A DNA stretch of 58,514 nt, the filler included, from Basidioascus undulatus (lineage: Eukaryota): NCBI GenBank assembly GCA_000826855.1. It is 5 parts of 5 records of this genome, joined end to end, with 100 filler letters (N's around TTAATTAATTAA, not from the genome) between each part and the next. Parts side by side here need not be neighbours in the genome. Positions count along the whole stretch, not along the records: positions 1 to 27,978 come from JTLS01000153.1; positions 28,079 to 35,620 come from JTLS01001533.1; positions 35,721 to 43,256 come from JTLS01001534.1; 2 more parts are not named here. The stretch is one strand, 5' to 3'. The position numbers and the translations under genes are program-made. A model generated the notes under the pieces. That model did not search any database. It was not told where the DNA came from and worked only from the letters and a program-made list of their open reading frames with translations. Positions within the stretch are counted from its first letter, which is position 1. Each line of letters opens with the position of its first letter. This document shows positions 23,323-36,163 of this stretch, in pieces.

Positions 23323-26300
23323 ATGGCGCCACCACCCAAGCCCGAGGAAGTCATCGAGCGCTCGCTGTCGACGCTCAAGGGCACCGCAGGTGAGCACGGT
23401 CGCACTAAGAGGGAGATCAGAACTGTCGCCGCATCGATGAGGATTATGGAGGACAATGGCTCTTTGGGCTTCGTTTGTCCTGGGTCCCGTCCTGGTCGTG
23501 CACGCGAGCTGACGAGTCTGACTCTTGACTTTGTGCGCGCAGATGTCGACAAGAAGATCGAGGCCGTGCAGGCGCTGGAGGTTCTGTTTGTGATAGGACA
23601 CGATGTGCGTTGTGTTCCATACATCCCTGGTCGAATCCCCGTAGCTCAAGCCCAGCGTCGCACCCTTCAGTTCCACGACTTTGAGCCGCTCACCGTGGCC
23701 CTCAAGTCCGCCCTCCGCGCACCCAACGCCCAGCTTTCCCACACCGCGCTCTCCGTTCTCCCCTCCTATATCACCCTCTTCGCACCCAATGCCCCTCCTG
23801 CACCTCCCCTCGTGCCAGCGTCCGCCCTCCCTCGTCCTTCCTCCCGCCTTGCCCACGGCCGTTCCCCCTCCGTCGGTTCCACCGCAAGTGCCGCCCCCTC
23901 GCCCCACCATCACCATCCCGACGACCGCACCCTTCGTGTCGCGCTTCTCGCGTTCCTCGCCCCTCCCAACGGCGTGATCGAGAAGCTCGCAGATGGCAAG
24001 GAGCGCGTGCGCGAGGCAGCTCGCGCAGCCCTGCTCGCCGCGTGCTTGACAGCCCTCAAGGGCGGGACGGTGACCAAACTTCATGCCGCCGGGCCCAAGG
24101 GAAAGGAGGTAGAAACTGCGTGGGGTATCGCTGAGCGAAGCTTGAGGGAGCAGGGTTTGGCCGGCAAGACTTGGAGGATCAAGGAGCAGGTCCGTCCTTT
24201 CCACTTTTCCATCCCACCTGCCGAGCTCATCAACCCTGTCTTGCCCACTCGAAAGACTCTCATCCACCTCACGTCCTTGCATGCCAAGCACACCTACCCT
24301 CTCCGCTCCTTCCTCGCCCCGCTCGTCTCGCTCCTCGAAGACCCGGACGCGACAGTCCGTGAGACCGCGCGAGCAACCATCATCGCGCTCTTCCGCCCCT
24401 CGAGTCCGCAGGCGAAAGCCGAGCTCAAGAAGGAGCTTGGAAAGCGAACGGGCCTGCGCAAGGGCGTCGTCGACGAGGTGCTCGAGGGCGTGCTCAGGGC
24501 GCCGCAGGAGGTCAGGGCCGAGCTTGTCCCGCTTCCGCAGCCGGAGCCGGGGGAGGACAAGAAGCTCGCCGGCGTGCCCATTCTAGGAGAGGGCTCGAGG
24601 CTTGGGACCAAGGGAAGCGTCGCGAGCTTTGAGAGCAGCGTCGCGTCGGGCGAATCAGATGCGGTGGATCCCGCTTATGTTCGTAAAGCATACTTTACCC
24701 CGCACTCTCCCTACGCTGACATTCTCTCGCTGTCCCACGACAGGTTGCATCTGCTCGAGATGTCGAGAACGAGTTCGCGGAAATGGCGCCGCACTTTGAG
24801 GTTCGCAAACCACACCGATATCAACTCTTTAAAACGCGCGCTGACGCAAGTCGGTGAACAGGGCAAAGAGACCGAGCACAACTGGCTAGCGCGCGAGACT
24901 TCGGTCAAGCGTATACGCAGTCTGCTCAAGGGCGACGCGTACAAGCAGTATCCGGAAGCATTCATGGCCGGCTTGCGCTCGATTCTGGATGGCGTCATTC
25001 GGGTGGTAAGATTTCGTGTTTAACCTCTGTCAGAGCGCGTTCTCACTAGTCCCCGTGATATTCACAGCTCGCCTCGCTTCGCACTACGCTCGCCACAGCC
25101 GACATCTCGCTCATGGCCGACCTGGGCCAGTACCTCGGACACGCGCTTGACCCCCTAGCCGAGGCGATCCTCGGCGCGCTCGTGCGCATGGGCGCGCTCA
25201 CCAAGAAGATCGTCGCACACGCGGCGCAAGCGGCCGCGACTCGCATCATCTGCCACATCTCGTACAACAGCAAGACAGTAGCGCTCCTCTGGACGGCTGT
25301 GCAGGACAAGACGCCCGCGATGCGCCAGTACGGTATCATGCACGTCCGCACGCTCGTCGAAACCCATGCGTCTCGCAGCCGCCACGCAATCGAGACGCAC
25401 GGGGGGCTCGAGATGATCGAGAAGGCTGTGCGGAAGGCGCTGGGCGACGCCAACCCTGGCGTCAAGGAGCAGGCGCGCCTTGCGTTCTGGAGCTTCGAGA
25501 AGGCGTGGCCGAAGGAGGGCAAGCAGATCCTCGAGGCGCTCGACGCGACGGCCAGGAAACAGCTCGAGAAGGTCAGGCCCGCCGAACACGGTGCAAACGC
25601 CAGTCCTTCCACTGTGGCGCCTGCACCGGTCGCGAAGAAGTCGTCGATCGCCGCGCTGCGGGCTGCCAAGCTGCGCGAGGCAAAGGCTGCGATGGCCGCT
25701 CGCGCACCGCCGCCTCCCCTCCCCGAGGCCGACATTCCCCTCCCGCCCACTCCGGATCGCCGACTTCACTCGTCAGCATCATCAACCGCTCACGCTTCCC
25801 CCACGCCATCGCATGCTCGACCGCCTCTCTCCCCGCCTGCATCGAAAGCCTTGTCTTCGTCGAACGTTCGCTCTCCAAAATCGAACGCGCTCGCCTCTTC
25901 CCTCGCTCGCTCGGCCGCAGCCTCCCCCCCTCCGACCCCTTCCTCTGCCCGTCGCGCGCCCTCTCGGGCTTCCTCGCGCTCCGCTTCGCCCCAAAAGCCG
26001 TCCGCGCCTGGTACCCCTCCCCGCGGAACGACCGGCGCCCCTTCGGCGCGATCGACCTCGACTCCCCGCGCGCCTATCTCTCGCTCGCCTTTCGCCTCGC
26101 CCCCTACACGCTCCTCCCCTCTCCGACCGGAACGCCGGTCGCCCGCGACAGCACGCTCGCAGCCGGCGGCCAGGCCGTCCTCGCTCCTGTTCGAGAACCC
26201 GTCCGCAGAGTGGGCCGGGGATGACACGTTCCTTCTCGCGCGGGCTGTGCCGCTGCCAGGCAACGACGACCTCGCGGACGACGACGACCTGATGTGTTTC

Positions 26301-27795
26301 TCATCGCCTGCGAAGCCGAAGTCTCGGCTCGACGCGGAGATCGAGGACGCGCTGAAAGCGGAGGCTGCGCAGGCTGAGGCGGCTGCCGAGCGCTTGCTTG
26401 AGCTCGGCGAGCCGGAGGAGCACGGCTCCCCGACGGGCGCTGCGGCCGTCGGCGTTCCACCTCTCCCTGCCGCCGTCGTACCCCTTCCTCCCCCTCGAGC
26501 AGCATCCCCTTCGCCGACGCGGCCACGTGCTACCCCCGACGTCAGCACGCCTGCACCGCAGGTCAAGCGCGCCATTGCAGCTGCGCAGCTGTACGAAGAC
26601 AGCCCGGCGGTGAAGACTGGAACGCCGCGTCTCCTTCGAGATCTGGAAAAAGCGGGCCAGGGAAGCTGGTGGCTGCAGCGGACCGAGCGTGCGTTCTGGA
26701 CGATTGACGTTCATCATTATCAATGAGGCTAATTCTCATTGCGCTCGATTGTTAGGTCTGGAGGCAAGCCTTTCGCCGCTGTCCAGTTCTCCTGCGGAGC
26801 AGAAGGCGCAGCTCGAGGCCATCGCGTCGGCGCTACAGTCTGGCGAGGTCGACGTGACCGCTCTACATACGCTCGCCCGCATCTCGCAGGCCAACCCGAC
26901 ATCTGACGACGAGGTCGCGGCCGTACCTCCAAACGGCTCGCCGCTCGCGCTTCGGAATGTGAAGGCGCTGCCGACTGAAGAACACTGCGAGAACGTCTGG
27001 GAGAGTCCGCGTTTGTTCGCGCGCGTACTCGAGGGTGTGCTGAAAGTCCTCAAGGCCAGCGAGACGGTGCGTTGTCGGCTCTATCGCGTCGCCTGTCGTC
27101 CGTCTAATCAGTTTGCGCTTTCGTCAGCCGTTTGCCTTGCAAGACGCCGGCCTGCTAGCGCTCAAGAACCTCATCGAGCACCAGGCCGATCGCCTGTCAG
27201 GTGCCGAGGTAGAATTGTTCTCCGTGCTTTTGCACTTGCGTACATCGACCAAGCGAGAGGTGAGCGGTCTTGAAATGGCAAACAGTTGTTCCTCGACACT
27301 CATGGCCTGTCATCGTTCCATTCCGCAGCTCGCAGACGTTGCCGAAGCGCTGCTAGAGCTCCTGACCGAGCACATCGAGCCGGTCTTCGGCCTTGGCGCC
27401 CTTCAATCGACGTATCAGGTCTTCCTGCCCGCTATCGCAGGCGACTCCACCGCCAGGCCGCTCGCTTCCGCGCTCGTGCTCAAGGGTGTCGGGCGGATTA
27501 TGTTGCGCCTGCCTCCGGAGGTGCTAGAGGACGAGCTTCCCCGGCTGCAAAGCCTTCTCACCGGCGTAAGCTACTCTGCCTTTCCACGCTCGGTTTCTTC
27601 GAGCGCTTGCTGACTATTGCAACCTTTTAGAGCCTCGAGGATGCCTCGGGCGAGGTCCGACAGTCTGCCGTCACCGCTATCGTCGCGGCGCAGCTTGTCC
27701 TTCGCGACGAGAACCGGCTGTTCAAGATGCTCGATGTTGCGGAAAACAAGCGCGGGCTGTTGACGTACTACTTCTTCAAGAGCTCTGCTCGATGA
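23323..27795 (+). CDS. STU1: CLASP/Stu1 microtubule plus-end stabiliser (TOG/HEAT repeats, CLASP_N)
   Basis: HEAT repeats (EKLADGKERVREAAR; LLEDPDATVRETAR). CLASP_N signature FEGKETEHNWLARE...SLRTTLA...TKKIVA...DKTPAMR...LGDANPGVKEQAR..FW. Long Ser/Pro/Arg-rich linker. C-terminal helical domain ending LLTYYFFKSSAR*. Confidence 0.9.
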
Positions 27796-27978
27796 CATCT
27801 CATACATTTGCGCCTCGTTTGTTGTTTGAAATGGACTACTCTCTGGCCGGCTACTGTCGTCTACTTAAGATGAGCACTACTGGTCCGATTTGATGTGCGA
27901 GGTTGAAACTGGCCGTGCTGAAGGACGCACAGGCGCCGCTGAAAGGTACCCTCCCCACACCCCGCACCCCCTCCCCCC

Positions 27979-28078
27979 NNNNNNNNNNNNNNNNNNNNNN
28001 NNNNNNNNNNNNNNNNNNNNNNTTAATTAATTAANNNNNNNNNNNNNNNNNNNNNNNNNNNNNNNNNNNNNNNNNNNN
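27979..28078. other. Artificial contig-join spacer
   Basis: 44 N + TTAATTAATTAA (stops in all six frames) + 44 N. Confidence 0.99.
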
Positions 28079-28921
28079 CCCCCCCCCACATTGTAACCAT
28101 CCGAACAACAACAATATGCGACCGGTGCGCCTCAACGCTCTTCACAAGTTGATAAATTCCAATCAACACCCTTTACAAGTGTTGTAGTAGAAATTGGAAC
28201 CACAAGATGAGGCAGGGGCAACATCGTATAACTGCACGTCGCTTTCAATCGCTTACTGACGAGGTGTCGCCGGCCCACACCTCCCGCCCAAGAGCTTGCG
28301 TTATCGCGTCCAGAACGTCTAATCGGGAACTCCACATACATTTGGGGTTTTGAAGAGGTCTTCTTCCCAATGGTTTACCCGTCCGCAAAGACTACGTATC
28401 GCCATGAGTGAACAAACGACGCATAAGCAACGCTCGCCACAGGCGTATCCGCAGCAGGCGCGGCGACGCTAGCGTTGACCCTCTTACCTCATCGACTGTT
28501 CCTCTCTGCGGACGTCCTCCAAAGACAAGATACCCCTTTTCGACCACCGCAGCATGACCTGGAATACATTTGTTCAGCTCTGCTCAACTTGCCGCTCCCA
28601 AAGCTGGGGGTTTGTTGGCATGCTGCGCCGCTCGGGGTGGCCCAGTGAGGTCTGTGGCGCGCTGTAAACATCCTGCGGCCAGGATGTTGGGGTTCAAACC
28701 GACCGTCAAATGTTTTGTACATACGTACCTATCCTTGCTCAGCGTTCTTGGTGAGTGATGGTAAGAAGGCACCGAGCCAGTGGTCCCCCGATCGGTACCT
28801 CAACCCAGGCTCACCCAGACTGCGGCCACTTTCCGTTCACCACCCTCTTTTCGGGATGTTGAAGGTCCCTTTGTGCATTTGCGGCACAGATCGAGCTGTG
28901 GAGTCCGCCGCCTCGCGAAGG

Positions 28922-28927
28922 TATAAA
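28922..28927 (+). promoter_or_regulatory. Candidate TATA box of the loosenin-like gene
   Basis: TATAAA in GC-rich context about 160 nt upstream of the ATG at 29086, followed by a pyrimidine-rich leader. Confidence 0.5.
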
Positions 28928-29085
28928 GGCCAGCAGTTGGACTGTCTTTGCTCCTGGTCTTCGTCGCCTCCGTCCCTCAAGTCCTTCGTCCTCCGGCTCC
29001 GCAACCGCCGTCACTCGACCTTCGCTCAACGCACAACCCGACTCGCACGGCACCCACTCTCGTTGCTCGCATCTCTCGGACCATC

Positions 29086-29718
29086 ATGTACTTCACCCGC
29101 TCTCTCGTCGCTATCGCCGGCCTTGCCGCGTGCGCTTCCGCTGCGCCCCCCAACTTCAAGCGTGGCGCCTTCGACGGTATCTCTACCTTTTACTACACCT
29201 CCACTGGGGCGTCTGGGTCGTAAGTTCTTCTTCTTTCATATCCTTAGCGGTCGTTCTGATCCGTGGTCTTCAGTTGCGGTGACTACCTCAACGACAACGA
29301 CTTCATTGTCGCGCTGCCGTCTGCGCAGATGTCGAGCGGCAACTACTGGTATGCACCGTATCCTCAAATAGTTTCCAAAGACTCTGCTGACACAACTTTC
29401 TCGGGCGTAGTAACAGAATGGTTCGCATCACCAACACCCAAAACGGTAACACGCAAGTTGCGCAGGTGGGTCGGGCGTTTTCACTCTCACGGCTTAGCAA
29501 CATCGCTCACTGTCTTCATTCTACCTACAGGTCAAGGACACCTGCCCCGGCTGCAACTGGGGCTCCCTCGACATGTCCCCCTCCCTCTTCAACGCCCTGT
29601 CCAGCAGTGGCGCAGGCGAGGTGCGCATCCAGCTTCCTGTGCTTTCACTGCTCGCTTTTCTGACGGCCTCTTGGGGTATTGCCAGGGAACCTTCTCCATC
29701 ACCTGGGACTGGGCGTAA
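29086..29718 (+). CDS. Secreted RlpA-like double-psi beta-barrel protein (loosenin/expansin-related), 5 exons
   Basis: Signal peptide MYFTRSLVAIAGLAACASA and KR pro-site, then G.STFY...GSCG...NDNDFIVAL...CNRMVRITN..NG....AQVKDTCPGC.WGSLDMSPSLF..L....GTFSITWDWA*. Confidence 0.9.
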
Positions 29719-30503
29719 ACTTCCGGGCGACACGGACCAAGTCCTTTCCCATTATGGGCAAAGCGTTTCGCTGCCTGAGCGGCGAGCGATGCCAACGGCG
29801 CGTCACTGTGTCGTTACTAGACTGCTGAGAATGAGGACATGCGAGGAGAAAATGTAGCGCTGGACGCTACTTCGAATGCATACATGTCGAGCATTCTTTC
29901 AACACAGCATTCCTGCAGTTTGAAGTCGTGTGCCTTTAACGTCGTCTCCTTCACGATCACCAGCCAACGGAATGCAGACTCGAGAAATTTACTGTAATCA
30001 GACAATCGTGCAGTACCTTATTCTCAATTATGCCCTACGGACGTTCATTTACAGAGTACTTAACATACCGAAATCGAGTACTATCGCAAGCGGCCGTCTA
30101 TATTGTGAGACGGCTGCGCGTTGTCGTCGAAGCAACTGGGCTGCATGTGAAAGCCGGCTGTGAGTGAGCGCTGCTTCTTGGGTGTCTCTCACGAGATAGA
30201 AAAGTGTTTCAATCAGATCATACTTGTCGAAGATGTTCCTTGAGGTACCTTCGACGTCGGTGCCTGTAACATGAAGTGGACCGGGACAGGACCTGGTGAG
30301 TTTGGGGGTCGATACGTCTGTGCATGTGACTGTAGTCCTTCTTTCGAGCACCCATTCCCCCTTCTTCCTTGTTCTTCGAACCCTCGAAATCAATCCAGTA
30401 GGACACCATTTAACCACGAAAGTTTCACCGCATGTTGTTTGCCGCCAATTTGATTGCTTACGAGTAAATCATTACGCGGACCACAATCACGTGTAGGATA
30501 TGA

Positions 30504-33500
30504 ATGGAAACGCGATGGCGCCCGCCGAGCTGGAGCTGCGTGCAGATCATGTCTTCCTCTGCTCTGCACAGCCATCTTTATTTTCGCTCCTTTTCCGGTC
30601 CACAATCACCACCACCTCCAACGACCAAACTGGCGTACTCAACAGCGTCGACACCCTCCCCGCCGCCTTCGGCGGGCCCCCGCAATATCCGCCGGCCGCG
30701 TCCGCTGAGCGCGTTCACGTCCGCGAGTGAATCAAGCGGACAGCGCCAGCGTCTGTCGAGCTCCCTCGGGCGTGCCAGCGCAGCGGCAGCCAACGGCTCC
30801 CTGCGCGGTGAGCGCGCCTGGGACGACGATGACGGGAGCTGGTTGTTGCTCGGGGCATCGACCGAGAGCGGCGGGCCGGAGACGACGACGAGCGAAGGCA
30901 GCTCGAGCTCGGACGAGGAGGGCGAGGACGACGCCGCCGCGCTGACAGCTGCGAGGTCTCTCGAGCTCGATGGGTTTCCTCTGGCCGAGGCTTCAGCGTT
31001 GGACGTCCCCAAAGCAGCTTCCCTCGAGCAACGCCGGGCGTCCCGCGTCCTGCCCGTATCGCTCTCCGAGCCGCCTCGCCCGCAGCGCAGCAGCCCGACC
31101 CAATTCACCCCGCTCCTCTCGTCTTCGCAGTCGAGACCATCTCCTCCTCCCTCTTCTACCCCTTCCACTCGCTCGCACCACCACCACCATCGCCGCCGCC
31201 TTCCCCTCCCCACAAAGATTCACGTCACCTCGATCGAGCTCGGCGTCGGGCTCGTCCGCGCTCGGCGGAGAGCAGGCGAGACGCTGCTCCTCTTGGCCGC
31301 GCTGTGTCTTGCATGTTGGAGGATATCGAGGGAGGACATTGGCGAGAGTGTGCTGGCGTTGGGTGAGTCCGCTGCAACAACAGTATTGGAGTGCAGGCTC
31401 ATTTGCCCGGTATGCCTGCAGAGTGCTTGGCCATCGCTGTCGCAGCGCTCTGCTTCCTGGCCTGGGAAATCTCTCGGACAACGCCGAACCTGGCTCCTGC
31501 CGAGTCTGTACTTCCAGCGAGTGCGCAAAGCCAGGCAGGGTCCGCTGCGAGTTCGGCGGGGACGCCGCGACGGCAGCAGTCCCTCGAAGTTGTCGCAGCG
31601 TCGAGCGACGAGCACTTGATTTGGTGCACTGAGCTACGAGACTACCGGTAAGTGCGTTTCCGCATCAGCCTCGAGCAAGGGTGCTGAAGCATGTCGATCT
31701 CAGCCCCTCTCCCGACTCTGGCCTCCTCACCGCCCTCCTGCTCCTCCCCGTTCTCGCCGCCGGCTGTCTCTACTCTGCCCACATCACCTATTCCGCCCAC
31801 CCCTCCACCGCGCACCCTCCAAAATGGTACATCGAGCCGCCCAAAGTTCACCCTCCCTCATCCTCCTCGCGCGACGGCGAAGAAATGGCCGAGCTCGCGC
31901 TCCTCTCGCTCATCAAGGCGCGCAGGAATCTCGTCGCGCTCGCGAATCTCATGAGCGCCATCGTGCTCATTCACGTTCTCGCGTGCAAGCGCAAGCTCGC
32001 GCGGGACGAGAACTGGGTGCCCAAGGGAGAGGGGAAGCGGCTCGGGTCGTTCCTCCTCCTTGCGGCGCTGACCACTACCGGACTCACGGTCTTCGCGAGC
32101 GTCACGCGCATGGTGGGCAAAGCTGTGCTCGGCGGTGCGTGTGTTGCCGTTGCCTGAACGTGCTTTCTTGACTGACGGATTTGGCTGTGGCAGACCTTGA
32201 GGTGTTCGAAATCATCGTCTCGAGCCTGTTCTTCCAGACTGCGCTTTACGTGATCTCCCGCCTAGCGCGCAAGGGCTTCACGCTCGGCGAGCTCGCTGTA
32301 ACAGCCGGCTTCGGTACGGCGCTCTTCATGGAAACTTTCAACCTCACTCGCGCACATGTTCGTGTCCCGTTCCTACCTCCCGGCGTCTTCCTCCCCAGCT
32401 GATCTCTCCCCCCTGGCGCAGGCACTCCCTCGCCTCACTCCCTACATCAAGACCTTCCGCCTCCCCACGCCGCTCCTCATCTTCCAGCTCGCGCTCATCC
32501 CCGGCTCGTTCCTCACGGGCTTCCTCCTCAGCCCGCTCCTCGTCCTCTCGCGCAACCTCTCGCAGAAGCCGATCCATCGCCTGCGCTGGCCCGAGCAGAA
32601 GCAGCTCCACCGCCGCGCCCTCGCGGCCGGCTTCTACACCGGCACGGCGCTCGTCGTGTGCGGCATCATTGGGCCGTGGACGGCGTGGTTCCTGCGCTGG
32701 CGGAACCCGTTCACTTGGGTCCTCAGCTGGCTCCTTCTCGGAAGGACGTGGTGGATCAGGCCCGCACTCGTCCTGTTCTGGGCGGGGCTCGTCGCCGTCA
32801 GCGTGCTCGGCTGGATTCGGTGAGCTTTGTCTTGTCGGATTGGCTAGCCGAGGCGTTCACTTACCCCAAAGCCGTTCGCATTCCAGCCAGATCGGCCGCG
32901 TCCGCAAGCACATCAAGCCGAAGCCGCGCCTCAACTCCTCAATCATAGCCGACTCGCAGCCCGCGTCCGAATCCGCCGCGTCCGGCTCCAGCTCGCCCAA
33001 CAACAGCAGCACGCGCCTCTCCGCGTCGGCGTCGCCCGTAGCCGGCCCGCTCCCGCTTCCGACCACGTCCACCACCGCCGAGATCATGGAGCGCCTCGTG
33101 GACGCCGCGGACCGGACGGCGCCGACGATGAGCCTCAACGCGCGGCGCAAGTTCTTCCACGCGCTCGTCGTCCTCATGTTCATCCCCGGCATCCTGCTTG
33201 ACGTGCGTCGGTGCAGCTTCTCCTCTCTGACACTGACTGGACTGACTGACGCGCTCGCTCCAGCCCGCCTTCACCCACCTCGCCATGTCCGCCGCGTTCG
33301 CGCTGTTCATCTTTGCGGAGTACCTCCGCTACTTTGCGCTCTACCCCGTCGGCGCGGCGATCCACCTCTTCCTCTCTGAGTTCACGGACTCGAAGGACTG
33401 CGGCACGGCGATCCTGAGCCACTTCTACCTCCTCACCGGCTGCGCAACGAGCGTGTGGCTGGAAGGGTGCGTCGCTTTCTTATCCTCCTCCCACTTCCCC

Positions 33501-34036
33501 CCGCATCTTTCGTCATCTCGCTCATCCTGGCTCCCTCTCCCACAGGTCCTCGAGCATCCTCGCCCTCACCGGCGTGCTCGTGCTGGGGGTCGGCGACGCC
33601 CTGGTACGCCGCGCGTGTCGTTCGCTTACCCTCCTCAAGTTGATCAGAACTGAGGAACTGATCGCCGCGCTGAAACAAACAGGCCTCCATAGTCGGCAAG
33701 CGCTACGGGCGCTACCGCTGGTCGGGCGAGTCGGGCAAGACGCTCGAGGGCTCCGCCGCGTTCGCGCTCTCCATCTTCCTCTGCGCGCTCGGCTTGCGCG
33801 CGCTCGGGCTCGTGGACCAGTTCTCTGTGCGTCCTCTCCCTCCCTCCCCCGCTCCTCTCTCTCTCGCTCGCAGCTGGGCTCACGGTGGTGCTGGTTGGGG
33901 TTGGGGTGGGATCCAGGCGCCCAAGTACGCGATCGCGAGCGCGGGCGCCGCGCTCCTCGAGGCGCTGTCGTTCCAGAATGATAACCTCACGATACCGCTG
34001 TTTATGTGGTCCGTGCTGGCGTGCTTGAATGTGTAG
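30504..34036 (+). CDS. SEC59: Dolichol kinase (CTP:dolichol phosphotransferase) with long low-complexity N-terminus; start may be 30504 or 30549
   Basis: RKGFTLGEL, LNARRKFFHALVVLMFIPG, EFTDSKDCGTAILSHFYLLTGCA, GVLVLGVGDALASIVGKRYGRYRW....KTLEGS, LLEALSFQNDNLTIPL. Stop at 34034-34036. Confidence 0.93.
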
Positions 34037-34993
34037 CGGAGGGTAGACATGCATCATTGTTATTTATGACTGCCATGTCTGAATGGTTTGGCGGACGTGC
34101 GGCAGCGTATGGACAGAAGAGACTGCGCAAATGACTGGGCGTCACGAGAAGTCTTAAATGACTCGAGGGCGTTCAGTTGAGGTTGAACTTCGTTGAACTT
34201 TGGACACGGCCCTGAGGAGAAGTCGTCATGGCAGGCATCATATCAAAGCGCCTTAGCTCGTCCTTGTGCAAGGAGGCTGGCCGCAGTCCGTTTTGGCTGT
34301 CTCCAGGACCGAGGTTCGCCCTCAAACCAGCTTCAACATCGTCATCATCTGACATTGCTCTGACATTGTGTGTCGTTCCCATGACAGATTACCTGCAACG
34401 AGTACTCCAACAGACAACATCGCCGACAACGTGAAAGAAAGCTGCAACGAGCGGGCGCCGGTTTATCGGGGCTGGCACGGCAGCAGAAACCTCCACACCG
34501 GAGTCCGCGGAGATTACCTGAGCTACGGAGGTCTATCGGGCCGCCATCGCATGCGAAAGATCTGCACTCGCTTTCGGGCTCTTGGCCCAAAGCAGTGTGT
34601 CTTCGCATCTCAGAAGGGGGAGGCTGTAAAATGGAAGGATCTACGTACTTAATCTGTCAGGGAACGTGCAGGGTATTAGAGCGCTGGGCTCGTCACAAGC
34701 CTTGTGCTTGTCCCAAAACACTCACTCTCTGTTGCACACACGTGCTCACGCCCCAGGCTTCGTCGGACCCCCGCCCCCGCAGAGGCAAACGTTCTGACTC
34801 GACTTTGCACGCGTCAACGCCCATTTGGATATTCGATATTCTATCGGCCCATATCTTTGCATAGGCTAGCCCTATTCCGTCTCACGTTCACCACACTCTC
34901 CCCAACGCGCTGCTCTCCCCATTCCAAACCCCATCGCCACCGCTTAGAACAACAGACCCTCCTCCCACGACGACGACGACGACCGATTCAACA

Positions 34994-35620
34994 ATGAGCA
35001 CCACCACGTCCGCCCCGACGCCGAAGCAGCTGAATAGAATGCCCAGCTATTACACTCCACACCACCCGCATCACCACGCGCCCTCGCCCTCCGCGTCCTC
35101 GACTGCGTCGGCCTCCTCCGCGGACAGCGTCCCCGCGCTCTCGTCTAGCTCGAACGGCAGCTCCGCCTGCTCGTCGCCCATCGCCCTCCGCCCGCTCTCG
35201 GGCACACACCTCCTCAACCTCGACGAGGTCGTCGGCCGCGTGCTTGCGTCTTCGTCTGATCTCGACTAGTCAGTCTTCCCTTGTCCTGTGTTTGGTGGGG
35301 AGGCGGGACGAGCTGACTGGGATGTTGCTTACGCTCGGAATACAGCCTCTGCGCCTGTTGCGACCTGAATAACGACACGGGGTACACCTGCCCCAATCCC
35401 ATCGCCATCCCGCACCCACCGGGCGAGGACAAGGCGTCCGCGGCGGCGAGCAGGGGCGACTGGCAGGCGAACCTGATCCGCAGCGAGCGTTTCAGAGAGT
35501 GCGTTCTTCTCTCCCTCTCTTCCCTTCCATTTCGCGCAGGCGGACTGATGCGGGGTGGTTAGAGAGTTGCAGTCCTTGCATGGAGTCGCTGTGCCCGTGG
35601 GATGGACTACTGATCCAGCA
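34994..35620 (+). CDS. Hypothetical protein, 3' truncated at spacer
   Basis: ATG at 34994, Ser/His-rich N-terminus. Two GT-AG introns splice in frame to ...SDLDYLCACCDLNNDTGYTCPNP...SERFREELQSLHGVAVPVGWTTDPA, running into the Ns. Confidence 0.6.
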
Positions 35621-35720
35621 NNNNNNNNNNNNNNNNNNNNNNNNNNNNNNNNNNNNNNNNNNNNTTAATTAATTAANNNNNNNNNNNNNNNNNNNNNNNN
35701 NNNNNNNNNNNNNNNNNNNN
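35621..35720. other. Artificial contig-join spacer
   Basis: 44 N + TTAATTAATTAA + 44 N. Confidence 0.99.
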
Positions 35721-36163
35721 TTCAGTAAGTGTATGGATTTGACCCGCGGGGGGGGATGGTCGGGGAGTTAGTGGCGAAGAGGGAGAGAGGAGGGAGGAGG
35801 GTGGAAAGGGAGCGCACCGTTAAGCTGCGGATCATCCGACAGCATAGTCCCCACGCCAACGCAAATCCCATCGCACAAGCTCCTCAACCTTCCCCCCCAT
35901 CCCCAAAATCAGCCTCTCACCTCCGCACCTACACCCAAGCGTCGCACGCACCGGTGGGTCATCCCCATACTCTCCCTTCCACTGAGCCGGAGCTGCCGCC
36001 TCCCCGCGCCGGCGATGCGCGTGTCGAGGGATTGGGCATAGGTGAGGACTACTGAGGGGCGCGTGGGCGGGTGCGGCGCGGGAAGGGCGGTGAGGAGGGG
36101 AGAGAGGAAGGAGAGCGCTGCGTCGAGAGAGGAGGAGGAGGAGGCGAAGGAGGGGGAGGACAT
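35721..36163 (-). CDS. RIB7: Riboflavin biosynthesis pyrimidine reductase (RibD C-terminal-like), 5' part only, truncated at spacer
   Basis: RPSVVLTYAQSLDTRIAG...LRLSGRESMGMTHR, intron, then LRSLCDGICVGVGTMLSDDPQLN. This matches the Rib7 motifs TLTYAQSLD and DAILVG.GT.L.D.P.LN. Confidence 0.88.

Noticed and set aside
23254..26723. Long antisense and alternate-frame ORFs over STU1 (also over NOT3, SEC59 and PRM10)
   Set aside because: These are expected shadows of GC-rich codon bias and carry no domain signal.
13399..27795. RDI1, MOB1 and STU1 close together as a possible cell-division gene cluster
   Set aside because: They are interleaved with unrelated genes (FES1, M28 peptidase), no shared motif is evident, and chance neighbourhood is sufficient.
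28023..28034. TTAATTAATTAA palindrome recurring about every 7.6 kb
   Set aside because: It is always embedded in Ns, so it is an artificial six-frame-stop linker and not a biological periodic repeat.
34173..34652. Short overlapping ORFs downstream of SEC59 (including DELRRFDMM)
   Set aside because: The resemblance to DNA polymerase delta subunit 4 fails because the following GPC.G motif is absent, and there is no other support.
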